This document shows, one piece after another, positions 1 through 16,100 of a stretch of DNA of 64,000 nucleotides. A model generated the notes under the pieces. That model searched no databases, was not told where the DNA came from, and saw nothing but the letters and a program-made list of their open reading frames with translations. Source of the DNA: the human T2T-CHM13v2.0 reference genome, Homo sapiens; NCBI RefSeq assembly GCF_009914755.1, contig NC_060926.1, one strand, 5' to 3'. A program made the position numbers and the translations under genes. Position 1 is the stretch's first letter, and every line of letters starts with the position of its first letter.

Positions 1-2001
1 TAACTATCTAGCAGTTTGTGCTGGGCAGAGGACTCAGCTGTAGCTCTCACAGAACTCCGCTTCTCATTCACGTAAGTGGTTTCTTTCATGTTTGCTAACA
101 TGTTGAGCTTTTTTTTTAAAAAAAAAAAACAAAAACAAAAACGCATTTTTATTTTTTTAGGTCTTCTTAACTATATTTTCCCTTTATATAAAAAAGATGT
201 AATTCCCATTTTATCAATCTGCTGGCTTTATTTTCCAAGGAACAAGGAAATGTACATTAAAGGGAAGCAGAAAAAAATCTAACAAAGTGAATTCTACGAA
301 TAGTTTGCTTGTAACTGCAGTAAAGGGAGGACTTTGCTTATAATTCAGATATTCTATGTGGGATACAAAATCTTAAGTATTTTCAAAGCCACTGTTTTAT
401 AAAACAGAAAAATATGGAAACACACACAAAACAAACTATTCCCCATAGGAATCCAAAGAAAAACAACTCAAAGTTCATTTCATATTTGTTAAAATTTCTA
501 CATACTTTGAATGAAAAATCAAGTTGAGAATGGCTTTTATCTTAAATAAAATCTGCCCCAGTGTTATCAGACTCACTATCCTCTTTCCAAGAATTATACT
601 ACTTTCATATGGTGCAGAGTTAGTTTTATACAAAATAATTATATAGAACTGATCAATTTTCTGAGAAGTTGTTTATTTAAGGTTGATAATTCTCTAGCAA
701 GAATGGAGCACACCATTTACAGTGTCTTAATTTTTTTTCTCCCCATAAAGAGGTAGTCACATTTTGCTATCCTCACTGAAAACAACACTGATGAAAATTG
801 GCAAATCCTGGGTGTATCCTATAGGACAGTTAACTGATTGAGGGAGTGGTGGTGATATTGATTATGAGCCTCAGTATTGAGTCTAGCAGCAATCTCCCAT
901 TTTTCCACCTTTTCCTTCAAACTTTAATCACATTGAATTGGGAGGGAGATCAGAGTGGACAATATACATTTTTAAAATTCTTGAAAAATCTAACAATTGT
1001 AAATGATTAGGCAAGAAGTGCAATTCCATTTTTTTAAATCAAAAAATTTTAGAGATAGAAGATTTACAGGGTATTTCATCAAGTGTTTTAAGTTGTAAAA
1101 CCATCTTAAGAAACAGAAATAAAGTACTCAGGGCTTTTAGGAATGTCATACAATTAAGTAGAAAGTTGACTCCAGATTCCTACTCTAGTACAGTTTTTAC
1201 TACCTCATATTGTCTCTGAAATATTTTGTATATTTTATTTCTAGTAGGCTTGTTGATTTGTCCTTTACTAATTTTTCTTTTACTTCTATCAAAGAGCTTC
1301 CAGGCATGCATGTAGTCAACCTGTCATCAAATGGAGCCCCTATGAGATATGGCATTCCATATTCTAAAGATGGAGAGAAAACATAGCCATGAGAACATCT
1401 TCTTCTTATGAAGATTTTAAACCAATACAACATTAAAATAACTATCAATTTTCAAGATAAAATACCCCTGTAATCTGGCTCTAACAATGTTAATCCATCT
1501 TTATACTAAATAAGACATGAGAATAGGTACATTGTCAATATAGACAAACCAGAGAGTTTGGGATTTGGAAAATGTATGGGAGAACTGCTTAGTTCTTCCT
1601 AATAAACAGATGTCCCATGTGTATCAGTAGGCTTCTCCACTGCACCCTCTACAGGCAGTGGCCTTGGCTTTATCCTGGGCATTTCTACTTCAGAGGCCAG
1701 CAAAACCCAGTGAGAACATTCTGACTGTGTTCTCTCAGCCTATACATCAATCTTTCAGAAACTCAGGATGAAGGCCCTTGTTTCTTCAATTTCTCATTTC
1801 CTAGAACCAGGATCACATTTCCTCCTAGTTATCACTTCTAATTTTATCACACCTTAAAAGGCTCACATCTGATTTCTTTAAACTTTTTGAAACGGACATC
1901 CCTATTTGTGAATGTTTACTGATTTATAAATTAATAATAACCTATTTATAAATTATGACCCTTATAATGATTTGTACATTATAAAATATATATAAAACAC
2001 A

Positions 2002-2327
<326 letters not shown>

Positions 2328-2430
2328 TAATGAAATGGTGACACAATAACAATGTTTTAAATGATTTTTAAGTTTCTGTTAATGGTACACAACATCTTTG
2401 TGTCCTCCTTAAAAAATAATATTAACCTTT

Positions 2431-3701
<1,271 letters not shown>

Positions 3702-4159
3702 TTAACCTTATTTTAGTGACAGTAATGTGAATAAATTTACTACATTATTTTTAAAAATATTTTTAACATTTAAATTACATAGAAATTCTTGATTCAGTTT
3801 ATTTCAACCATTGGTCTTAATGTATGTCACAGCTTAAAAACATACTTTTTAAGAATATGTAGATAGATGTAAGAGAAGTGCATCAGTATTTTTACCTTCT
3901 AATGAATTATAACCATTTTTCAATATTATCCACAATTTGCACAAAGGTTATTTGTTTAAATTTATCTAGTAAATTTCCACACTCTCTGATGGCACTCATT
4001 TTTTTTTTTACAAACTAATTGGAAATTGTAGCATTTTTATATTATAACAAATGAGTTCAATGCTCATTAAAATTCTTCACTTGGCAGGTTTTAAAATGTT
4101 ATGAATTTCCAAGTTTTTAATAATAATTGTCATCTTAACAAACAGTAATTACAAACTTC

Positions 4160-4265
4160 CTACAAGTCAAGCAGTCTCCTAAGTTTTCTACTGTAACTCC
4201 ATTTAGTCTTCATAGCAATGCTATAAAATAGGTGTTATTTCTTATCTCTAGTTACACATGGACGA
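4160..4265 (-). mobile_element. MIR fragment
   Basis: Core-like CATTTAGTCTTCATAGCAATGCTATAAAATAGGTGTTATT. Confidence 0.6.
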
Positions 4266-4670
4266 ACATGTAACAGATTTTATAGGTGACAGAGCATTTT
4301 CCCCAACACCTTCTAATAACTCTTCATGTGATCAGTTTTTTTGAAAAGTTGTCACTCTCTCAGCCACGTATCTTAACTGGAAGACATAGTGAAGTGTAAG
4401 AGAGTGGGTGTGGGTTTGTGCACACTTGTGTGAGTGTTTATGTGTTTAAAAATATCTGCTATATATCATAGTATGGAAAGCCATTTATCATCCTAGAAAA
4501 CTGCAGCAAATAGGGAACACTTTTTCTGGATAAAAATTATTAACTTAGAGAATAATTTTACATATTTGGTAACAAAATAATAAACAGTGTCTACATGAAA
4601 TAAAGATTTCCATGATCACTCTCAATATCTTCACATAGTAACATAAAGATTTGATCAAAAACATAATCCC

Positions 4671-4976
<306 letters not shown>

Positions 4977-5629
4977 TCATGTAATCCCAAATCCACTACA
5001 CCTAGCATGTGAAAACTGCCATTGGCTGCAATAAGGTGACAGCAAACCCCAAATGAAAGGAACCATCATCAAGATTTCTTCCTATTCCTGTACCCCAGCT
5101 CTAAGTACAGATTTCTGACACGCTGTCCAGGGTCAAGCCATACAGAAATGCAAAATTTCTTTCTTATTTTAGATGAAAATAAATATTGCTATTTTAATGG
5201 TTCCTCCTGCAGTTCCCTAGCATTTTGAGCACCTGTGTTGGAGTTTAATTCTGCCTTCACCTGTCCTGCCATGGGAGGTAAAAATGTTGCTAATATCTGT
5301 TGTTGATGATGTGAATATATCTAGACTAGAACTGGATGATCTTTTCTGGAGACCTTAGGGGTTTTATAGTTCCAGAATCAATGTTCATGCCCTCAACTGA
5401 TATGTAAAGGAAAGTATATGCACAGATACTGCAAACCAGCTCTCTACTTGTAGAGATAAAATGATCAGAAAATAGCTTGGGAGGACTCAGCCCCACATTC
5501 CACAAGGCAGAATCCTCCACCTTGTGTCAGGATTCAGGCCAACTGGAAAGATGAATATAAAACATTATTTTTGCTATGGCACCCTTTTCTCTGCAATTAA
5601 AAATATACTGAAAAGGATTTTGGTGAAAA

Positions 5630-5936
5630 GAACTCTAGATTAGAAGTCAAAGGATATTTAATATTATTTTGTAAACCTCAATTTACTCAACTGTAAAATG
5701 AGGGTGTTAGTTGTAGATCAGTGGTTTCCAAATTTTATTTTTTCAGCAAAGCCTTTCTTCCATGACAACCTAGGTGGCATGATAAAAGTGAATGGGGATG
5801 AGGGCCCAAGATGCTCCTTCCCTGCACTAAAGTAGCTTGCAAGGTCACTCCAGGGAACCTGGAAGTGCCACAGAACACAATTTGAAAAACACTAAACCAG
5901 GTCTCAAGGGCCCTCTCTAGCTCTAAGACACTATGA
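5630..5936 (+). mobile_element. MIR remnant interrupted by a short hAT-Charlie MITE-like element (about 5719-5893)
   Basis: MIR motifs CCTCAATTTACTCAACTGTAAAATGAGG and CCCTCTCTAGCTCTAAGA flank imperfect terminal inverted repeats CAGTGGTTTCCAAATT / AATTTGAAAAACACT. Confidence 0.55.
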
Positions 5937-7550
5937 TCGATAAGTCAGGATACCTAATTCAGTTTTATACCTTTTGCTTGCCTCAACAGAGGATGACTTA
6001 ATATTATAAAATGGGAAATTTATGTAACTCTGTCACTTAAAGGCAGAAAAATTGTAGTCTAGCCAATTCTACTGAAATGTTTTCATCTAAACAGAGTTTA
6101 TCCTCAATAAGTTCACTAAGGTTATTAACTAGACCCTTTGTACTCAACCATTCCTAAATAAGCTGTCACTATTCATTAACCTTTTTCTTTCTTATTAAAT
6201 AGCAGCATTAGAAATCATCAATAGATGAGTGCTCAAACTGTACTTCTCTTGATGTGTATTCTTATTTTTGCCTTGCTTTTTGAGGTCAGCAAACAAGCCA
6301 AAAGCCCAGGAAGGCACAGAGGCAATGGGGACATGGCTATATAAAGAAGGCTTTCATTAACCTTGCTGACCCACCATAATTTCAAATGTCAGCAGCTAAT
6401 CAGAGACTCACTGACATCATCAGTGGATGGAGGGAAGAGATATCCTGTGGGATCCATCTTTTCTCTAAGTCTGAAATATGTATTTATAATGCCGCAGGGT
6501 TACTTTTGCTATGAAATGATGGTGAGAAAATTCCCTTCTACTATTGAAATACATGCTTCTAATGCTGAAGTTAATGATTAATTTTGACAGAACAGCAAAA
6601 ACATTTATTTAAATGTCAGAAACTGACTACATTATTGGCTTCTCTTCTACTAAATTCTCCCATGGCATTTTGACAACATGGGCAGCTGTAATGCTTGGCT
6701 CACTAATCCAGAAAAGAAAAGGTAAGCTAAATTATATTTCTTTTCTTACAGAGGATTTTTCTCCATGAATCATATTCATCTCAATGGGGGAAAAAACACA
6801 GAATAAAGTATTCATTATTGCTTCAATTGCTACAATTTGTAATATAATAAAATGGCAAATAATTTGTCCATTCCCAATAAGCAGCCATCTAAGATATATA
6901 ATAGAATGTTTTAATGAACTCTACCAAATCCAAAAGAAATGGGAAGTGAATGTTTACCTAAGAAAGAGGAGAGTTTGTAATTTAAATTTTATTTATTTCA
7001 TAGCTTATATAAAACTTACATTTAAAATGGGTTTCTTTTGTCAAAACATTGCTTGGACCATTTGTGACCCAATAGTCCTGGCAAAATACACAAACAAATA
7101 TCCAATGATACTTCATGTTTTTAACATGTTTAACGTACAACTTCTGATGTCTACAAATTATTTTAGATTTCCAAACTCTTCAGATACCGTTTCTGATTTG
7201 AGGCTCTTGTTCCTTTAACTCAGCAATCTTGTCCGCAGTCACCATGGAGGGAAGGAAGAGAAAAGTGAGACTATGAGAGGCTGCCACCTGATAGGAAAGA
7301 GACACCTTCACATTTAATCCAATCCAACCCCTCTTATTTAAAATATATTCCCTAAGGACTTGACCTTATACTTTACAGCAGTTAGGTGATAAAACTAAAA
7401 AAATTGAAAGCTGAAATGAATCACGTGCTCTCTGGAATAAAATATCAATATATGAGAGTAAGGAAAACTAAGAAGCATAAAAAGAAAAGAAATTGAGACC
7501 ACAAGAAAGAAAAATTCTGAAAATTAAAATTTAAACGAGGATATCAGCAC

Positions 7551-7965
7551 TGTATTAGTCTGTTCTCACATTGCTATAAAGAACTACCTGAGACTGGGTA
7601 ATTTATAAAGAGAAGAGGTTTAATTGACTCACAGTCCCACAGTCTGTACAGGTAGCATGGCTGGGGAGGCCTCAGGAAACTTACAATCATGGTGGAAGGC
7701 AAAGGTGAAGCAGGCACATCTTCACATGGTGGAAGGACAGAGAAAAAGAGCAAAGGGTGATGTGCTACATACTTTAAAACAACCAGATCTCATGAGAACT
7801 CTGTCACTAGGGGGATGACATCTAAGACATCACTAGGGGGATGGTGCTAAAACTTTAGAAACCATCCCCTTGATTCAATCACCTCCTACCAGTTCCACCA
7901 CCCGACAAGTGGGGATCACAATTTGATATAAGATTTGGGTGGGGACACAGATCCAAACCATATCA
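7551..7965 (-). mobile_element. MaLR solo LTR, MSTA/MSTB
   Basis: TGTATTAGTCTGTTCTCACATTGCTATAAAGAACTACCTGAGACTGGG ... CCAAACCATATCA, with perfect 5-bp TSD AGCAC (7546-7550, 7966-7970). Confidence 0.93.
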
Positions 7966-8299
7966 AGCACTTAATTTCTAAGGTTAAAAAAACTAAAAAT
8001 GCAGTATGAAAACATTTAAACCCAAGGCTGTATCTTCTGTTGTGAGAGAATTCTGGTTTAGTAACAATCCACTAACACATTAATACTAATAGAATAACGC
8101 ATATCTTAGTTTTTGGCAATTTCTTTATAGTATTCCAGGAAAAGAGTAGGCTGCTAAAGTATCACAGAATTACTAAAAAGATACATAGATGGGATATCTT
8201 TTTAAAATTAGGTACCACATTGTGCAACATCTATAACTAGGCAGTGATTTCTTCATTCAATGTAGTTGCAGAATAGTTAAAAAAAATTATTCTATACTC

Positions 8300-8595
<296 letters not shown>

Positions 8596-8729
8596 TTATT
8601 CTATACTCACTTCCACTTCAACTCATTTGAAAATCCAAATTATTGATTTTATTATGGATGTATATCATAAAATAATAGATGTAACAGTGTTCATTGAGTT
8701 TGAGTTCAGACTTTGCCACTTTTTGTAGC

Positions 8730-8866
8730 CTCATGGGAATCACCTAATAACCTTGATATTTTTATGAATATCAAAATAATTTCATAGACTCATGTGAATC
8801 ACCTAATAACCTTGATATTTTTATGAATATCAAAATAATTTCATAGTCTCACGTGAATCACTTAAT
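8730..8866. repeat. 59-bp tandem repeat, about 2.3 copies
   Basis: Units start at 8730, 8789 and 8848 (CTCATG[G/T]GAATCACCTAATAACCTTGATATTTTTATGAATATCAAAATAATTTCATAG). Confidence 0.95.
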
Positions 8867-9521
8867 CTCTCTGGAATTGTTTTGAAGATTAAATAAAATA
8901 AAAGAAATTGTAACAATTTCCACTGAACTGACCTATCTCTGATGAAGCTCTAGAACACTTGTACACTTTTGCTTGCACACTTGAATTATATGTTTACCTT
9001 TGGTTGTGGTCATCCACAAATCAACTTCTGCCAGATGTGCCTATTTTTCCATGGATAATGTAATAAGTTGGTACAAAGCAAACAGATAAAATATGGTGCA
9101 AAAATATCGAATTCCATGCAAGAGACAAGTATAAAAGTTTGGCAAATATCAAGAGAGTTTTTCTGCTCATATTATAGTACAAGTATATTTCAATTTGTGC
9201 CTCCTTTGAGCTTGAAACTATAGAACATTTAATACAGCACTTGTTTATGCAAGAAAGTCCATTTCAAATTCCATTCAGCAGGCTTATACTTTAAGGAAAG
9301 ACTTAGACCTTATATCAAAAGAATGCTGAATATGTTCATAATTGGAACTAAAATTAAATATTTAAGGTATTAGGTATCATTTTTTGTGCCTCCTGATAGT
9401 TTAGCTAACCAATCATTTTCAGATTCTAATATCTTTGGGTAAGAAGTATTCAAAATAAATAAATGAGAGAGATAAGTAGATCATTAGATAAACAGCAGTG
9501 ATATAGATTTTTTTCTCTCTC

Positions 9522-9559
9522 CACACACACACGCACACACACAAACACACACACACACA
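9522..9559. repeat. (CA)n microsatellite, imperfect
   Basis: Direct inspection. Confidence 0.95.
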
Positions 9560-10290
9560 ACTGTAAAGTGTTAAGCATGATTTTTTAAGCCTTCACGATA
9601 AAATATATTTATTTGCCAAGCTAATTTAGAGGAACAGTATACCGTATATTTGTCTCAATATATTATTTTTTCCCAAAATAGCTCTGAATATTTAAATATG
9701 TGAAATAAAATCATGTAATGCTGGAGACTTAGTGAATAAGATTTTAGATTGTCTAAGCCAAACTATTCATTTTGAAAAGAAGAAATTGAGCAACCCCAGA
9801 TCCAAGATGAATTGCTTTATATAAAACATAGAAATAAATATAAATGTATATAATAATATTCTCTTATAATGGGTCATTGAGATGCTCTGGTCTCTGATTC
9901 ACTCTATGACATGATTTATTCTTACAATTTTTTTCAGTTTTGGCTTAATTTCTTAAATATGAGAGACTATAAAATACTCGATGTGCTTTTAATTTATAGA
10001 TGCAAATGTTCAGTTTAAGAGAAAGTAAAATGATTGAAATTTTTAACACAATTAATAGCGTATTATTGGTATACTTGGAAATGATAGCTTTTATTTCTTC
10101 TAGACAAGTCTTTTAGACTTACTAATTTGGAAAAACATTTTGGGAGAGAACTTGGATGCTCTCAACATTAAAAGCATATCCTAGGAACCAGCTCATGAAC
10201 AATGTCACTTTCAAATTCCAATTTGATTTTACCTTCACTTCAATGAGTGATGTGAATTTTATCTAATGTTGTCCAATAGTCTGGACTTAC

Positions 10291-10396
10291 CTGCAAAACA
10301 TTAGAGATGGGAAGCATAGTCCCGAATACCAGAAGCCCTTTACTTTGCCATGAATATATCAAATTGTCTTTTATTTCTGCATTTTTGAATCTATAT
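10291..10396 (-). other. Candidate internal exon of an unidentified minus-strand transcript (106 nt)
   Basis: Acceptor CCTTTTCTTTATAG and consensus donor CAG|GTAAGT. One open frame, YRFKNAEIKDNLIYSWQSKGLLVFGTMLPISNVLQ, which I do not recognise. Confidence 0.35.
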
Positions 10397-12104
10397 CTAT
10401 AAAGAAAAGGCTGCAACAAATATAAGTTTCATAGTGAAAGCCACATTATCTGACTAGGTCCCTCTTTTATGCTAGAATATACCATTATGTCTGGCATACA
10501 GTAGGTACTTATCTTTTTAAATGAATGAATGAATAATTTCACTTTCTTATACAAATAAGACATATAGAAACAAAACCTTTCATCTTTTATGTCCTATTTC
10601 TCAAAGATGACTTCTTACAGCATTTATGTATTAACCATTCTCTTTCCTGTTTGTTAGTGTCTTTGCTATCTTAAAATTCGATGCAGATTTTTAGTTTTAT
10701 ATATTCTAAACTGGCAATTTTTTTCTCTTGCTAATGTTGGCATGAATTTCTGTGTATAATGCACTCATTCTTTAAAAGCTCCATTGAGAAAGACTCTTAC
10801 ATCCCTTCATTACCCACGACTTATTTTTACATTAAAATTGTTAAATTATTCTTTAGTGTTATTGTACTAGTGACCCTTATAAGTTTGTAAACAAATACAT
10901 TTGTTTTCTATATATTTGTTCTTTGCCTCCTAAACAGAGTGAAAATGAATCTAGAATCTTTATCATATTCTCAACAGGCTTTGATGATACAATTAAAATA
11001 CAAAGTAACCAGAAGTTAAATTATCAATAAGAGTCATTTATTTTGCATTTTTATTTTAAAGAATACTTAAGAGAATTGTGATGAATTAGCAATGACAAAC
11101 TACTTCTTGCAGGCTGATTTTGTGTGGAGAGTTTAATTAAACATTGCAGCTGTTTATCTCTATGGTGATTAAATTTTCATATGTAAATTACATGTATTAA
11201 GATCAAGATACTTATGTAAATGTCACTTGCCTTAATGTTTTGTGTTACCGTTATTAACATCTAACCACCAGTTTATAATCTTCTTGTGTTGCAAACTATT
11301 GGTATGTGATACATTGTTAAGACAAGTAGATTTAGATCCTAAGAACAAACAAATTTATTTTGTATTTTTATCTGCAATCTAAAGTTTATCATGCAATCTA
11401 AGTATATTAAAGAAAAGTAAAATCTAAAGCATCTGGAAAGAACAGTTGTTTTCTTCCAAATTCCATTCTGTAGATGCATTCTACATTCCATATAAATGTA
11501 TGTAAATAGATTATTTTAAAAAAATACCAACAAATGAAAACAATAATTGTGTTTTCCAGAAATGTAGAATGTGTAGACAAGATCAACAGATACAGCACAA
11601 CATGTACTTTCTGAGTTGCGATGTAGGTATTATCAATATAGCACCTTAGAAAACAGAAATCACTTCATGTCACCTCCACGTAAACAAAGACTAAGCTTTT
11701 GCTTTTCAGATTAACTCTTTATTCCCCGGACAAAGAAAAGGGAGTATTTAAAGCAAAGTCGTTGAGGAAACCCTCAAATAGCAATGACAATTCTTACGTT
11801 GCTCAACATAGCTCTCACATTTAAGTCAACACACTTTTTAAACCAGAAGAAATTTGGTCTCTAAGAGTAATCTCTAAGGGGATAACGTACTAACTAGAAG
11901 TCACTCAAAATGTTATTGCCAATTACATATCTTTCTTTGCAGACTTCAGAGACAGTCACGAGTTGGAAAAAGTGTCACCTTTATGACAATATTTGTGCTA
12001 AGTCTTGATTTAACATCTACATTTAGATGTTCCCTATTATAGCATATTAGGCTCAATTATCATTATCTGAGCTATAAACAATACTCCACTCTGCATGATT
12101 CCAA

Positions 12105-12107
<3 letters not shown>

Positions 12108-12135
<28 letters not shown>

Positions 12136-12283
12136 GAGGAGAGAAGGTCTTGCTTTGTTGCCCAGGCTAGAGTGCAGTGAGACAATCGTAGATCACTGCA
12201 CCATGGACCTCCTTGCCTCAAGCCATCCTTCCACCTCAGCCTCCCAAGTAACTAGGGCTACAGACATGCACTACCCTCCCAGT
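12108..12283 (-). mobile_element. Truncated old Alu (right arm, FRAM/AluJ-like)
   Basis: Poly-T followed by GGTCTTGCTTTGTTGCCCAGGCTAGAGTGCAGTG...CCTCAGCCTCCCAAGTA. Confidence 0.9.
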
Positions 12284-12457
12284 TAAAACTCTTCTTAATA
12301 AATCGAACTAAAAATGAAAATGAAAGGGTAATCTCCCTCTTTTCTTGTTGAGTGCAGTTACTGGCAAACTTCAGTCTAAATATTTATCTTCCTTACAAAT
12401 ATACTGCTTGTATTTGTGCATGCACCCAAATATATTTTCATAAATTATATAATATTC

Positions 12458-13129
<672 letters not shown>

Positions 13130-16100
13130 ATCCCCTCTTTGGGTCGGCCTCTCATTTATGAGGGATTGACCGAAACTCTGGCATAACTATTGCTCTGTGT
13201 CACGATCATGCCTGGTTTGCCTTTGCGCATTGTGGAACTTGTAAGTCAGGATGTCAGGTTCTTGTTTTGTCATTCTAATAGCAGTGAGACCATCCGGCAT
13301 ACTGTTGATGGATGCAAGCATGCATTTAAGACTCTTGAGGGAACATAGCACACCAGGAAGATTACAATGATGACTATCAGGAGGATAATACAGAGACTAG
13401 AACATACTCCTTAGCCAAGGTCTCTAAAAACCAAACCAGCTAAAGTCAAGTAAATCAAATGATGAATGAGATGGGAATGTCTATAAACAAAGAAAGAAAA
13501 GAAAAAAAAAAGCAAGGGTTAATGGCTAGAACAAAATATTAATTTAGTCTTTGAGTTGATAGGGCAGTTAGTCAAGAAGATTTCTAGATTTGAGCTCGGA
13601 GCACATTTAGATGGTGGAATGAGTATGGCAGTTGCAATCTGACAATATTTCTGGTTTGCAATGTTAATGTCTCAATTATCTCAGTGAACTCCCTGAGTGG
13701 CCTACACAGCAGCAGGCATGAAAGTTGGCCTCTGAACTTTGTATGAAATTATCCAGTTTCAGCTTGTGGGGCTTCAGAAGAAAGGCAACTTTTGTTATTA
13801 GTGAATCTAAGTAAAAAGGGGGGCAGAAACCTGCAAACATTAGCTTGCAGAGTTTTAGCCAGATATTGGAGGAAATGAAAAAAAAATCAGGATCCAGTCC
13901 AATCCACATCTGATTGTTGTTTATAAATAACAAAACTCCAAAGACAATGAACAGGGCTAGAATCTAATAATGGATGCACTATAGTTTTCTACTGAAAAAG
14001 AGCTTTTCTCTATATAGTCACCCCCATTTCTACTAAAGATAATTACAGTAAGATTCTAGTCTCATTGATCTTGGCCTGATTACTTGCAAAAGTGCAGCAA
14101 GAATAGTGATTGATTACATGAGCTCTTTTTAAGTCTGCTTTACTGGAACTTTTAACAACGACAACAAAAAAAAAATCCCAGATTAGACATTTACAATTCT
14201 CTTGAGGCTAGGAAACCAAGCCAAGGACTTGCCATCAGACTTCAATTGCAATAACTACAGATTTGGGTGAATTTCTCTCTTCTCAAGTTCCCCAAATATT
14301 CATAAGTTTCCTGGACCTTCCAGGAAAAAAACCTCTCAACCTGTAAGTCTAGGACCCCCTGCCACTCCCCACTGCGAGGGCTTTATTGGCCCCATAAAGT
14401 CAACCTTAGTTCCCTAAAACTGTTTGGTCATATCTAATTCTATGTACATTCTCAAATATGATATCAATCAAAGTCATTGCAATATAACCAAAGTTTCCAA
14501 TTGTATCCTGTTTCAAGAATAGATTCTTATAAAACTTGTACAAATAACCATATTTGGTTAAGAACACGAATACTCACTGATAGTTTCCAAATTCTGGAGT
14601 AATCAGGTAGGGAGAAAAAGAAATTGTTTTAATTTTGGTTTACAAAGGTACACTTTATATTTCATCTTGGTATTGTTTCACAGTGATCTATGAGCATTGT
14701 TAATTGAGTCTATAAACCATTTGATATTTTTGATAAACTTCCAAAAATCAATTTCAAAATTAAGTCTTTTTTGACCTTGAACTTATTTTGGAATTTTCCA
14801 GATGGGTCCCTGAAATATCTCAAGTGATATTAGTAACATATAACTTCAAGAAGTCAAATATTATTTCTTTAACGAGACTTTCCATGCAAATTTAACATAT
14901 CAAATAAGTCTACTTAGTTTAATAGCTCTGTTTTTAGAAGAAGAGAAAACAAATTTTTACATTAAATTGTATTGGTTTAATTTTGAGGGAATTACAAAGG
15001 TACCAAATTGCTGAAATTTACAGGTATCTTTAGAGAAAAGAGAAAATATTTCCTTAAGTATGAAAAACAAAACTTTAAAGGTTTAGCAATGTCTCCAAAA
15101 AAATTGCAATAATCAGTTTATTCAGTCCTATGTGATTAATTCTTATTCTGCTTCATCTTAGGTTACCAGTTTTATGAATCAAGTTTTTCCATTACAGTTG
15201 TAGAAATTATTATCTTGTTTGATGGTATGTTAATAAAGTTATCAGAACCTGTACTTATCAGTCTTTTCCATGAATCCCCTTGAAGACAAAACATTTAAGG
15301 ATTATAGCCATTTGCAAAGAGCTGCCTGTGGGTGACAAGACTTTAAGTGGCCGTGGTTAAAGATCTGATGAATGTTTATTATAATAAAATTGGCAAGAAA
15401 TTTTTATTCCTGTAACATATCACATTTCTAACATAGTAACTAGAATTGTGATTAAAAACATATTAGGACACATAAGAGTTCTAGGAATTTTAGACAAATT
15501 CTGTAACATTTATATTAGTAACATATATCCATATAAATATAACTTCAAGAAGGTCAAACATCATTTCTTTAACAAGGCTTCCCATGCAAATTTAACATAT
15601 CAAATAAGTCTACTTAGTTTAATAGCTCCCTTTCTGCAAGAAGAGAAAACAAATTCACTTGAGATATTTCAGGGACCCATCTGGAAAATTCCAAAGTAAG
15701 TTTAAGGTCAAAAAATACTTAATTTTGAATTTTATTTTTGGAAGTTTATCAAAAATATCAGATGGTTTAGAGACTCAATTAACTATGACCAGAGGTCGCT
15801 GTGAAACAATACCAAAATGAAAATGAAAAGATTTTAAATTACATAATTGAAAAAAAATAAGCTCTTTTAATAATGAGAAATCTCAGTTTTCTGATTACCA
15901 GAAAAGGATTACATGAAGCACAGGAAATTATTTTAAGGCACACAATCTTCATTTTCTAAGAAAATTACTCAAAAGGTAAAGAAAAATATTTCACACTTTC
16001 TTACCAAGAGCAGACCTATATATTAAGAACACTTTGTCATTTTAACAGAGAAGACTAAATTCTAGTTTTGGATTAACGTACTTTTGCTATTAAAGCTCAA

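Noticed and set aside
1321-1363. Minus-strand 43-nt exon candidate (YGMPYLIGAPFDD)
   Set aside because: Good acceptor but weak donor (GTTGAC). Splicing from the 10291 candidate gives an early stop.
6784-7218. 144-aa ORF in unique sequence
   Set aside because: AT-biased composition (I/F/N/Y/K), no known motif and no supporting exon structure.
8730-8866. CRISPR-like repeat
   Set aside because: No unique spacers, eukaryotic context; it is a simple tandem duplication.
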